Positions 28,644 to 37,469 of a stretch of DNA of 64,000 nucleotides are shown here, piece after piece. The notes under the pieces are model-generated. The model worked only from the letters and a program-made list of their open reading frames with translations, searched no databases and was not told the origin of the DNA. Made by a program: the position numbers and the translations under genes. The stretch is from assembly GCA_903861145.1 (NCBI GenBank), contig CAIOTH010000134.1:12969-76968 (forward strand), in the 5' to 3' direction. This stretch comes from an uncultured Bacteroidota bacterium (GTDB lineage: Bacteria > Bacteroidota > Bacteroidia > Chitinophagales > LD1). The stretch's first letter is position 1; every line of letters begins with the position of its first letter.

Positions 28644-29132
28644 TTAAAGCAGCCTGAAGTAGCTGCTTAAGTCCATATTTTCAAATGACGTATATCCCAA
28701 TTCCCTCATCATAGTTATAAATTGCCCCCGATGGAAGGTGCCGTGATTAACAATATGAAATAATATTTCCTCTACACCATTGGTGTATTCAATCAGTTTC
28801 ATGTTGTGGTAGGTAATGCTACTGTCCAAAAATGCCTGATCTTTAGAAGCAACAAAATCAGCTAAATCCTGTGCGCTTTGTACAAGCCCTTTCAATAGTT
28901 CTGCTTTTCCGCCGGTAAATTCTGTACTGGGCCAAATAGGCGTTTTGCCGCCTTTTAGGCGGGTAAGCCACAACAGTTGGGCATCCCAAACGTGCAGCAA
29001 GGTTTTTTTAATGGTAGGAAAACTGCTTATCACTTCTTTTTCAAACACCGCTTCATCAACATTGGCCAAAATCTCAACCACTTTTTGATTAGCCCAAACA
29101 TTAAACTGCAGGTGACGGTGAATGGTATACAT
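28644..29132 (-). CDS. DinB-family protein (tandem paralog)
   Basis: Same motifs as above (FNVWANQKVVEIL, LLHVWDAQLLW, FHIVNHGTFHRGQFITMMRELG). Start trimmed from 29306 to the ATG at 29132 to match the paralog N-terminus. Confidence 0.8.
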   Translation of the reverse strand: MYTIHRHLQFNVWANQKVVEILANVDEAVFEKEVISSFPTIKKTLLHVWDAQLLWLTRLKGGKTPIWPSTEFTGGKAELLKGLVQSAQDLADFVASKDQAFLDSSITYHNMKLIEYTNGVEEILFHIVNHGTFHRGQFITMMRELGYTSFENMDLSSYFRLL

Positions 29133-29202
29133 ATTTTGCGTTGTTTTAAATTCCCAAATTCTATTTTCGGAATGCGAATTTATTTTTTCTGAATTAATAA
29201 TT

Positions 29203-30429
29203 ATGAAAAACAAATCTAAAGCCCAAAAAGCAGTTGCCCATAAAGGGTTTAACTCTATTACATCGCAGGATGTTTTTGACAAAGAGCTTAAAGCATTTCC
29301 GCACACGTTGCCTATTTACACAACATCAACATATGTGTACGAATCGCCCGAGATAGCACAACAAATTTTCGGGCGTAAAGTTGATGGCTTTGTTTACAGC
29401 AGATTTTCGCATCCCAATGCGCAACTGGTTGAAGAAAAGTTGGAGAAGATGGAAACGTTTGGATTAGACATAAAAGCCAAGGCACTCATCTTCTCATCGG
29501 GCATGACGGCAATTTCAAACCTGTTTCAAAGCCTGTTGCGGCCCGGCGATTGCATTATTGCACAGGGTAACATTTATGGTACCTCGGTAGATTTCTTTTC
29601 GCACTTTACCGAAGTGTATAAAATGGAAGTGATATACGCTGACTTTAAGAATTTAGATGAGATAGAGACTTTACTCAAAAGTAAAAAGAACGTAAAACTG
29701 CTTTACGCCGAAACTCCATCAAACCCAACTATTAGTTGCTACGACCTGAACGTGCTTGGTAAGCTTGCTGCGAAATACAAAGTGAAGTTTGCTGTTGACA
29801 GCACCTTTGCATCGCCGTATTTACAGCAACCTATGAAGTATGGGGCCGATTTTGTTATTCATTCTGCTACCAAATACTTAAATGGTCACGGCACGGCACT
29901 GGGCGGAATACTAGTTGGCCGCGATTATGAATTTATGAATACCAACGTTTGGAAAACGCGTAAAATAACCGGTGGCATTTGCAGCGCTTTCGATTCGTGG
30001 CTATTAAACAATGGTATGAAAACATTGAGCCTGCGTATGGATAAACATTGTTCAAACTCGCTTACAGTGGCCAAATACTTACAATCGCATCCAGCGGTGA
30101 AAGAGGTGCATTATCTCGGCCTAAAAAACCATCCCGATCATGCGCTTGCAAAAAAGCAAATGAAAGATTTTGGCGGCGTTTTGGCCTTCGATTTAAAGAA
30201 TGGTTACAAAGCGGGTAACAAGCTAATGAAGAAGATAAAGTTCTGTCAACTCACCGCTTCGTTGGGCACTATTGATACTTTGTTGCAGCACCCGGCATCG
30301 ATGAGTCATTCTTTTGTATCGAAAGAACAGCGGGAGAAATTTGGTATAACTGATGGACTGGTCCGTATGAGCGTTGGTATTGAAAACGCAGCAGATATTA
30401 TTGCCGATTTAGAACAGGCGTTGAAATAG
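29203..30429 (+). CDS. Cys/Met-metabolism PLP-dependent enzyme (cystathionine gamma-lyase / methionine gamma-lyase / O-acylhomoserine sulfhydrylase family)
   Basis: SGMTAI, DSTFASPY, HSATKYLNGHG (PLP-Lys) and LGTIDTLLQHPASMSH. Start trimmed to the ATG at 29203, since the track ORF overlaps the divergent DinB gene. Confidence 0.9.
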   Translation: MKNKSKAQKAVAHKGFNSITSQDVFDKELKAFPHTLPIYTTSTYVYESPEIAQQIFGRKVDGFVYSRFSHPNAQLVEEKLEKMETFGLDIKAKALIFSSGMTAISNLFQSLLRPGDCIIAQGNIYGTSVDFFSHFTEVYKMEVIYADFKNLDEIETLLKSKKNVKLLYAETPSNPTISCYDLNVLGKLAAKYKVKFAVDSTFASPYLQQPMKYGADFVIHSATKYLNGHGTALGGILVGRDYEFMNTNVWKTRKITGGICSAFDSWLLNNGMKTLSLRMDKHCSNSLTVAKYLQSHPAVKEVHYLGLKNHPDHALAKKQMKDFGGVLAFDLKNGYKAGNKLMKKIKFCQLTASLGTIDTLLQHPASMSHSFVSKEQREKFGITDGLVRMSVGIENAADIIADLEQALK

Positions 30430-31177
30430 TTGCCGATTGGGTTATAAATTTAGATATCTGTTCAGCCATAAATAAATGAGCGGCATCAGTAAGATGTTTT
30501 CCATCGTTTTCTAAAAACCGGTTACCATTTTCGTCAAAACTTCGTGCAATATCAATATGAGGAATTTTATGCAGCGCTGAAAATATTTCAACCTTCCGGT
30601 TCAAATCAATACAAATATTATTGATTCTATCATTGGCCGGATATAGCATTGGCCCCACCAACACCAGTTTTGTTTTTCTTTGTTGAGCGGTATGGTTCAA
30701 ATCGGCCATCATCTTTATTACCTCATTTTTCGTCCATTGTGGCAAGCGAAGTTGATTACCGGCAAAATCATTGAGGCGTTGGAGTATTTTATGCAAAAGG
30801 CTATCTCCACCATTAGCTTGCGCTCCAATCTTATACTCCTTAATCATGTGGTCGTAGTACTTCTCTTTCGAAAAACGCGGATGTAATGCCAGCCTGGCTT
30901 GCTTGTCTTTATCGGTATACCGGATGATTGGCTTGGTTAAAGCTATCATGGGGAAAGGCCTTAGAAAAATGACAACATAATCATAATGCATTTCTCGATT
31001 CAACATCGATAATGATTCGCGATGCAATTCATGGTAAGATGAGTAAAATCGCAACCATGTTTTAGGCGCAATACCGGTTTCGTCCTCAACCAAACGCTTT
31101 ATGGCAACATGGTAATGCATTTCAGCCCTTACATTGGACTGGCGATTGACACAGCCTCCCCAAAATACAACATTCAT
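30398..31177 (-). CDS. hypothetical protein, possibly SGNH/GDSL-hydrolase-like
   Basis: 259-aa ORF. C-terminal DGKHLTDAAHLFMAEQI resembles the SGNH block V (DxxH), but no clear N-terminal GDS block is present. The 3' end overlaps the convergent gene by 32 bp. Confidence 0.5.
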   Translation of the reverse strand: MNVVFWGGCVNRQSNVRAEMHYHVAIKRLVEDETGIAPKTWLRFYSSYHELHRESLSMLNREMHYDYVVIFLRPFPMIALTKPIIRYTDKDKQARLALHPRFSKEKYYDHMIKEYKIGAQANGGDSLLHKILQRLNDFAGNQLRLPQWTKNEVIKMMADLNHTAQQRKTKLVLVGPMLYPANDRINNICIDLNRKVEIFSALHKIPHIDIARSFDENGNRFLENDGKHLTDAAHLFMAEQISKFITQSATISTPVLNRQ

Positions 31178-31268
31178 GTGCTATAAAGTATAAATACAAG
31201 ATAAGCCCTAAAAACGATACTTAAAATAAAATTATAAATAAAATTTAGCGTAAGAAAAAACCGGGGCG

Positions 31269-31745
31269 TTATAATAACTCCTTTCCGGCAGCGGCGGCTT
31301 CAAACCCATGGTCAATTAACAAACCACCGCCATCGGCGGCAGTAGTGGCAAGCACATCGCAACGCTCGTTATAATAATGTTCGTTATGCCCTTTTATCCA
31401 ATGAAATTTAACGTGGTGCTTAGGATACACTTTTAAAAAGCGTTGCCAAAGATCGGGGTTCTTTTTGCCTTTAAAACCCTTTTTCTGCCAACCAAAAACC
31501 CATTTTTGGTTAACCGCTTCAACCACATATTTTGAATCAGAATAGACATCCACATCCAACCCATCCTTTGTAAGCGATTCGAGCGCTACAATAACAGCCA
31601 GCAGCTCCATGCGGTTGTTGGTAGTACGCCGGTAGCCTTGCGATAGCTCTTTTTCGTGCTTACCATATTTTAATATGGCCCCGTAACCACCGGGCCCTGG
31701 GTTTCCCCTTGCCGAACCATCTGTATATATTTCAACCACCGCCAT
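31269..31745 (-). CDS. rnhA: ribonuclease HI
   Basis: VEIYTDGSARGNPGPGGYG, TNNRMELLA, SDSKYVV and KGHNEH..NERCD. Start trimmed from 31883 to the ATG at 31745. Confidence 0.92.
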   Translation of the reverse strand: MAVVEIYTDGSARGNPGPGGYGAILKYGKHEKELSQGYRRTTNNRMELLAVIVALESLTKDGLDVDVYSDSKYVVEAVNQKWVFGWQKKGFKGKKNPDLWQRFLKVYPKHHVKFHWIKGHNEHYYNERCDVLATTAADGGGLLIDHGFEAAAAGKELL

Positions 31746-31783
31746 ATTGCGCACTAAGTAATAAATAAAGTATGAGAAATTTA

Positions 31784-31819
31784 CCACCAAGGCACTAAGG
31801 ACACGAAGAAACACTAAGA
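31784..31819. repeat. CTTNGTGN-family octamer array (single arm)
   Basis: The array is ccaccaag gcactaag gacacgaag aaacactaag a. The 16-nt core cgaagaaacactaaga (31804-31819) is identical to 49897-49912. Confidence 0.75.
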
Positions 31820-31875
31820 TTTTGCAGTCGAGTTCTTTATGCTTTTCTTTAAAAGAATATTTTTGCCGGTATCTC

Positions 31876-32796
31876 ATGCTCAAAAGCTATAATTCAAAAT
31901 CAGACATAACCAAGGCTTACCTGCAAATGCACCTGTCAATTATACTATGGGGTGCAACCGCGGTTTTGGGCAAAAGCATAAACCTGAGTGAAGGGTTACT
32001 GGTATGGTACCGCATGATTATTACCACCCTCTCGCTTTTTACCTTCATTTTAATAACCGGTAAAAGTTTCAGGGTATCGAGTAAACAGTTTATGGCATTG
32101 TTTGGTATTGGAGTGCTATTAATGGTGCATTGGTTGTTTTTTTACGGGGCTATTAAATACTCCAACGTTAGCATCACACTTAGCCTGTTCTCGTCAACCA
32201 CGCTATTTACAGCGCTGATAGAGCCAGTCATTACGGACAAAAAATTCAACCGGGTTGAGTTGCTTTACAGTATTATGGCCATTGCCGGCATCTGCATCAT
32301 TTTCTATTCTGATACCAATTCGTACACCATTGGTATTGTGCTGGCAATACTGGCTGCATTTGTGGGTGCATTTTTCAACATCTTAAATAAAAATGTGGTT
32401 AACGAGGTTAGCAGCGATGTAGTTTCGTTTTACGAACTCGCCTCGGGACTTTTAGCGCTTACAATTTTTCTGCCGCTTTACATTCATATTTTTCAACCGG
32501 CACAACTGGTTCCTACCACGCAGGATTGGGTATTGCTTTTTGTATTGGCTGTTTTTTGCACGCACGCGCCGTTAGTATTATCACTAAATGCACTTCGGCA
32601 TCTATCTGCCTTTACGCTTAACCTCTCCATCAACCTCGAACCGGTTTATGGCATCGCCCTTGCCTTCATAATATTTGGAGAGAATAAAAGAATGGGCCCG
32701 GGATTCTTTGTGGGCACGGCCCTGATTATGTTATCGGTAGTGCTGCACAGCTATTTTTCAAGTAAAGGAAAAGAAGCTGTATTACCTGAACCCTAG
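31876..32796 (+). CDS. DMT/EamA-family transporter
   Basis: 10 predicted TM helices in two EamA-like halves. Start trimmed to the ATG at 31876. Confidence 0.8.
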   Translation: MLKSYNSKSDITKAYLQMHLSIILWGATAVLGKSINLSEGLLVWYRMIITTLSLFTFILITGKSFRVSSKQFMALFGIGVLLMVHWLFFYGAIKYSNVSITLSLFSSTTLFTALIEPVITDKKFNRVELLYSIMAIAGICIIFYSDTNSYTIGIVLAILAAFVGAFFNILNKNVVNEVSSDVVSFYELASGLLALTIFLPLYIHIFQPAQLVPTTQDWVLLFVLAVFCTHAPLVLSLNALRHLSAFTLNLSINLEPVYGIALAFIIFGENKRMGPGFFVGTALIMLSVVLHSYFSSKGKEAVLPEP

Positions 32797-32867
32797 TTGT
32801 TGGAATTAATTCAGTTGTTTAATACGGTTGCTCAACTCCTTCCGTCCCTAAACCGGGAAGTAATGGT

Positions 32868-33764
32868 TTAGACACTTTTATTGCTAATCTCGAGTTTATA
32901 GCCTTTACCATGAATGTTTAAAAGGGCTACATCCGGATCATTTTCGAGCTTTTTTCTAAGCCTTGAAATGAACATGTCCAGGCTCCTGCCTACTATTACA
33001 CCCTCGTCTTCCCATATCTCCTTTTGAAGCCTTTTTCTGTCAATGATCTTATTGGGCGCATTGGCAAAAATGCTGAGTATTTTAGCTTCCTTCACCGTTA
33101 ATATCGCATCCGCTTCATTAAACCTCAGTATTTGCTCATCAGCAAAGAAAAGGTATTGGCCAATTGCTATCCCCTGCTTTTCGCTTACAAGTGTATCACC
33201 CTCTTTTGCATTTGGTATTTCTTTTCCCTTTTTACGTCCATTCACCACAAATAGCACTAAGCCCAATCCCAGTATGCCGAAACCGCCCAGGTAAAGGCCT
33301 TTGAAAGCATACGATCTGTTTTCCTCAAACTTAATATCGATGTAATATGGCCTGGCGGGCTGGTCCCTGCCCTTACAGGGCACAATACTTTGTTGTTCGG
33401 GGCCCATTACGGCATATCCGTAAATCACCTTGTCAGATTTACGCTCGCGCACAGTTACTATATACTTTGAAGGAAGTTTGTTATTTGCAATAACTTTGTC
33501 GATAATATTCACCAAGGAATCTGGCTTAAACGAAAATGGGCTCTCAAACGGGATGCAAAATTCAGTGGCTGAGAGCCGGCTAACAGGCGCAATGGGTGAA
33601 GTACTGTCGCCGGTATATTGTAAAATCTGGTGGGCGACGTTTCTCATCACGATCATTTCTTTCGAAGCATCAAAATCGCTTTTACCTGCTTTATCAGCGG
33701 CAAAAGCAGTCAAAATAACGAGTAACCCAATAACAATAGAAATGAGAGGCAATTTCCTTATCAT
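32868..33764 (-). CDS. membrane-anchored winged-helix (OmpR/PhoB-type DNA-binding domain) transcriptional regulator lacking a receiver domain
   Basis: TM1 (LPLISIVIGLLVILTAFAA), ~150-aa predicted extracytoplasmic domain, TM2 (GLYLGGFGILGLGLVLFVV), RKKGKE, then a trans_reg_C-like domain (LTVKEAKILSIFANAPNKIIDRKRLQKEIW...VGRSLDMFISRLRKKLE...IHGKGYKLE). The ATG at 33764 is preferred; 33812 is possible. Confidence 0.75.
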   Translation of the reverse strand: MIRKLPLISIVIGLLVILTAFAADKAGKSDFDASKEMIVMRNVAHQILQYTGDSTSPIAPVSRLSATEFCIPFESPFSFKPDSLVNIIDKVIANNKLPSKYIVTVRERKSDKVIYGYAVMGPEQQSIVPCKGRDQPARPYYIDIKFEENRSYAFKGLYLGGFGILGLGLVLFVVNGRKKGKEIPNAKEGDTLVSEKQGIAIGQYLFFADEQILRFNEADAILTVKEAKILSIFANAPNKIIDRKRLQKEIWEDEGVIVGRSLDMFISRLRKKLENDPDVALLNIHGKGYKLEISNKSV

Positions 33765-33919
33765 ATTCAAAAGTAGAAAGTTAATAGCGTTTGTAGCCTC
33801 ATTTGCAATCATTTTACAACGTCGTTACACTTGTTTTACAATTATTTTGCTCCTATCCGTTCTCGCTCAAGTACTTTTGTGTGGTTCAATAAAACTTCGT
33901 TCACCAAAACAAGCCATTT

Positions 33920-35347
33920 ATGTTTAAGCTAACCTTTTTATTGCTGCTCTTAACGGTTTTTGCTTCTCCCTTTTATTGTCAAAACAAGCCATCCAAAATC
34001 AACTCCACACCATCCCAAAATAATGACGGGAAATCAAAATTACTTAATCCTGAGGCCAAAACGCCATTCCCTTACAATCACTCCGTTGACAAAGGTTTGC
34101 CAGACAAATCCGGAAATCTATGGTTCGCTACTTCCGAAGGTATATATCGCTATGATGGGAAATTGTTTACCAAATATCAGGTTATGGATGGCTTACTTGC
34201 AGACCACGTTGCCTGTATGTTGCAGGATAAAGCAGGCAATATTTGGTTTGGTGCCCGTTGCGGAATCGTTCGCTATAGTCCTTTTGCAGTAACCGGCTCA
34301 GGCTCTCCATTATTTACCGGTGTAAAAATGCGAGAGGCCAACGGTAACGGTTTTCTGGCTGATGTAAAAGGCAATGATGTACCGGATGCAAAAAACACAG
34401 TAACACAAATGATTGAAGATCCGCATGGCGCTATATGGTTTTGCGTAGGCTTCAATCTATATCGCACCGATGGCAAATCACTGGCGGCCATTACTACCGC
34501 GGTTGGAGACTATTTGAAAAGTGAAAGAGCCCAGTATCACTGCACTTACCCTGACGATTTTGGCATTGCCGGTATATATCAAGACAAACAGGGAAACATA
34601 TTGATATCTACCATAGCTTGTAGTTGTGGCCCTAATGTAATTTATCGTTTGGATGGAAGCAGGACAAACCATCCTTGTATTTTAAACTCTTGCAAACACG
34701 ATTTGCACAATCCGCAGGAGCTTGCAGCGCATAATAAAGAAATCGCTTCTTCCTTCAGCAAAATAAGTAATGAAGAAGGCAATACTAAAATTGCCTTTAC
34801 TACTGTATTGGAGGATAAGTCAGGCACTATATGGATTGGTAGTGATAGCGGTGTTTACAGGTATGATGGCATGCACTTAACCCATTTCACAAAAGGTGAT
34901 CTTCTTAGCAAGAGTGTTGTGAACAACATCTATGAAGATAAAAAAGGAAATATCTGGTTCGGCACAGCCGAAAGCGCCGATTTTAAGGGCAATGGTGTAT
35001 TCCTTTACGAACCTTCGGCTTCGGCAAAACCGGGCTCTTCATCAATCACTCAATTCACTACCAAAGATGGACTTTGTAATAATGGCCCTTTTAAAAGCAA
35101 TATCGTTTCATCTATTGCAGAAGACAATATGGGAAAACTTTGGATTTCGGGCGATGGAGGAGTAAGCTATTACAATGGCAAAGGCTTTACCAGCTTGACA
35201 AAGAAAGATGGCTTCACCAATCAGCCCGTCAAATGCATGGCAAAAGACAAAGTCGGCAACCTTTGGTTTGGCACATGGTTATTGGGTCTGTACCGTTATG
35301 ATGGAATATCACTGATCTGTTTTACGGAAAATATGCCTGAGCTATAA
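33920..35347 (+). CDS. secreted two-component-regulator-propeller (Reg_prop) repeat protein
   Basis: Signal peptide, then at least 7 repeats of the G(N/T)(I/L)W(F/I)G(T/S)..G(I/V).RYDG type (for example GNLWFATSEGIYRYDG, GTIWIGSDSGVYRYDG, GNLWFGTWLLGLYRYDG). Confidence 0.8.
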   Translation: MFKLTFLLLLLTVFASPFYCQNKPSKINSTPSQNNDGKSKLLNPEAKTPFPYNHSVDKGLPDKSGNLWFATSEGIYRYDGKLFTKYQVMDGLLADHVACMLQDKAGNIWFGARCGIVRYSPFAVTGSGSPLFTGVKMREANGNGFLADVKGNDVPDAKNTVTQMIEDPHGAIWFCVGFNLYRTDGKSLAAITTAVGDYLKSERAQYHCTYPDDFGIAGIYQDKQGNILISTIACSCGPNVIYRLDGSRTNHPCILNSCKHDLHNPQELAAHNKEIASSFSKISNEEGNTKIAFTTVLEDKSGTIWIGSDSGVYRYDGMHLTHFTKGDLLSKSVVNNIYEDKKGNIWFGTAESADFKGNGVFLYEPSASAKPGSSSITQFTTKDGLCNNGPFKSNIVSSIAEDNMGKLWISGDGGVSYYNGKGFTSLTKKDGFTNQPVKCMAKDKVGNLWFGTWLLGLYRYDGISLICFTENMPEL

Positions 35348-35388
35348 TGTAATCCACTTAGTTCGCAACTTCACTATATACGGCCGGC

Positions 35389-36612
35389 CTACAAATTAGT
35401 GGCAAACAACAAATCCAGGTTACTGCTTTTAATGCTGAACAAGCCAGCAAGGTGCTCGTTAGTGAGGTTGCCTTTGTAGAGGTAAATACCGCTGCGTATA
35501 CCCGCATCCTGGTATATCAGGTTTTTCATGCCGCTCATTTCGCCGCAGCGAAGTAGAATGGGTGTAAGGATATTTGAAAACGCGTGCGATGCCGTACGCG
35601 AAACACGCGATGGAATATTGGGCACGCAATAATGTATTACATCAAACTTTTTAAAAGTGGGTTCAGCGTGCGAGGTAATCTCCGAGGTTTCAAAACAGCC
35701 GCCCTGATCAATGCTGACATCAATAACCACGCTACCGGGTTTCATTTTACGCACCATATCTTCGGTAACTATTACCGGCGTGCGGCCTTGTTTTGAGTGT
35801 ATGGCACCTATTGCTACATCGGCTGCCTGTAATTCAAGCTCAAGTATTGTAGGCGAAATGGTAGAGGTAAAAACACGCGCATTTATCTTCTCTTGCAAAC
35901 GCATCAGTTTGTAAACGTTGTTATCGAATACGGAAACTGTTGCGCCCAAACCAATAGCAGCTCGTGCAGCATAAGTACCAATTACACCGGCACCCAAAAT
36001 AACTACCTTGGCAGGCGGAACGCCAGATATACCGCCTAACAAAATCCCTTTACCCTCGTTGGCATTGCTCAAAAACTCGGCGGCCAATAGTATTACGCTA
36101 CTACCGGCAATTTCGCTCATGGCCCTTACAAACGGAAACATGCTGGCATCATCCTTTGTATATTCAAACGCCAGCGCCGTAACCTTTTTGCGCATCAGGC
36201 GCTGTATATATTCCTTTTTAAGCGTAGGCAAATGTATTGGCGAAATGAGGGTTTGGTTCACCTGCATTAATTCAATTTCTTCCAATAACGGAGGGGCAAT
36301 TTTTATAATAACATCTGCTTTATAAACCTCTTCGGCGGTATCTGTAAGCTCCGCTCCTGCTTCGGAGTAGTCGGCATCGGAAAAATGTGAATCGCGGCCG
36401 GCACGGCGTTCAATTAATATACGGTGGCCATTGGCAACCAGGGTTTTTACCGATTCGGGCGTTAAGCCTATTCTATGCTCCTGAAAACTATTTTCTTTGG
36501 GGATGCCTATAAACAGCTTGGCCTTTTTTTGTGCCACCATAACCGACTGTTCCATGGGCTGCAAGCCTAACTTGCTTGTTATTCCTTCAAAACCTTTTTT
36601 TCTTTCAGCCAT
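35389..36612 (-). CDS. alanine dehydrogenase / PNT-family NAD(H)-binding dehydrogenase
   Basis: AlaDh_PNT N and C domains, with Rossmann motif VVILGAGVIGTYAA. 407 aa. Confidence 0.82.
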   Translation of the reverse strand: MAERKKGFEGITSKLGLQPMEQSVMVAQKKAKLFIGIPKENSFQEHRIGLTPESVKTLVANGHRILIERRAGRDSHFSDADYSEAGAELTDTAEEVYKADVIIKIAPPLLEEIELMQVNQTLISPIHLPTLKKEYIQRLMRKKVTALAFEYTKDDASMFPFVRAMSEIAGSSVILLAAEFLSNANEGKGILLGGISGVPPAKVVILGAGVIGTYAARAAIGLGATVSVFDNNVYKLMRLQEKINARVFTSTISPTILELELQAADVAIGAIHSKQGRTPVIVTEDMVRKMKPGSVVIDVSIDQGGCFETSEITSHAEPTFKKFDVIHYCVPNIPSRVSRTASHAFSNILTPILLRCGEMSGMKNLIYQDAGIRSGIYLYKGNLTNEHLAGLFSIKSSNLDLLFATNL

Positions 36613-36623
36613 TCGCTACAAAA

Positions 36624-37082
36624 TTACTCCATAAAGATAGAAATTTCACGCATATCATCTTCCTGGTTTATTTGCACATTTACCACATCGGCAGGTAATA
36701 GGCCCTCAATTAGTTCGGGCCACTCAATAAAACAATAGTGCTCGCCACTGATGTAATCTTCAATGCCAATGGCCAGGGCTTCGTTCAAACCCTTTAAACG
36801 GTATAGGTCGATATGATAAATTTTGCTACCACCTTCTATCAAATACTCGTTTACAATGCTATAGCTGGGGCTGGAAAAACTGTCGACGCTACCCAACAAG
36901 CTACACAGTTGCTTGATGATGGTGGTTTTACCGGTACCCATTTGCCCATGAAATGCAAATACCTTCCGGCCTGCGGCGAAAGCCAACATGGATTGGCTTA
37001 AGCCGGGTATTTCATCAACACTATTAACGGTAAGCTGCAATTTTTTCACGCTGCAATTTCGGGAAAAAGTGCGAATACCCAT
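36624..37082 (-). CDS. tsaE: tRNA t6A37 biosynthesis ATPase TsaE
   Basis: GQMGTGKTTIIKQLC P-loop, SPSYSIVNEY and HIDLYRL motifs. The start is uncertain: ATGs at 37082, 37112 or 37211. Confidence 0.8.
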   Translation of the reverse strand: MGIRTFSRNCSVKKLQLTVNSVDEIPGLSQSMLAFAAGRKVFAFHGQMGTGKTTIIKQLCSLLGSVDSFSSPSYSIVNEYLIEGGSKIYHIDLYRLKGLNEALAIGIEDYISGEHYCFIEWPELIEGLLPADVVNVQINQEDDMREISIFME

Positions 37083-37400
37083 GGACGCTATTACTGCTTT
37101 AAAAGCCGGCATAGCCGAGTTTGGTAAAGAGTATATTATACCTGAAATAATGCTGGTGCCCGTTTTGTAATGAAAGCCACAATTGTTTTCCGCTTTCATT
37201 TTTCGGGTCAAAAACCCATTAAAACCGCTTCAAAACAAACTTATTCAAAGGCCAACAATCGAATTAGTAAGAAAAATAACCGATTATTACCACATAGACA
37301 ATTGAAGCTATAATTGCCTTACGCTCCGCTAAAATATCCTTACCTATTCAAAAACATTATATTAAATAACTATTTGTGCATACAACCACTAAAAGCCTCT

Positions 37401-37408
37401 TATCTTTG
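37401..37408 (+). promoter_or_regulatory. -7 box TATCTTTG (PKD-repeat gene)
   Basis: Exact TAnnTTTG, 62 nt upstream of the ATG at 37470. Confidence 0.45.
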
Positions 37409-37469
37409 GACCGTAGTTGGTGAAACAATTAGAAGCACCAACTCATTAAACAAAATAAAACCATACCCC

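Noticed and set aside
33430-33927. 165-aa plus-strand ORF antisense to the winged-helix regulator
   Set aside because: The minus-strand frame has clear TM segments and a trans_reg_C domain. The plus-strand ORF has no features and would overlap the propeller gene start.
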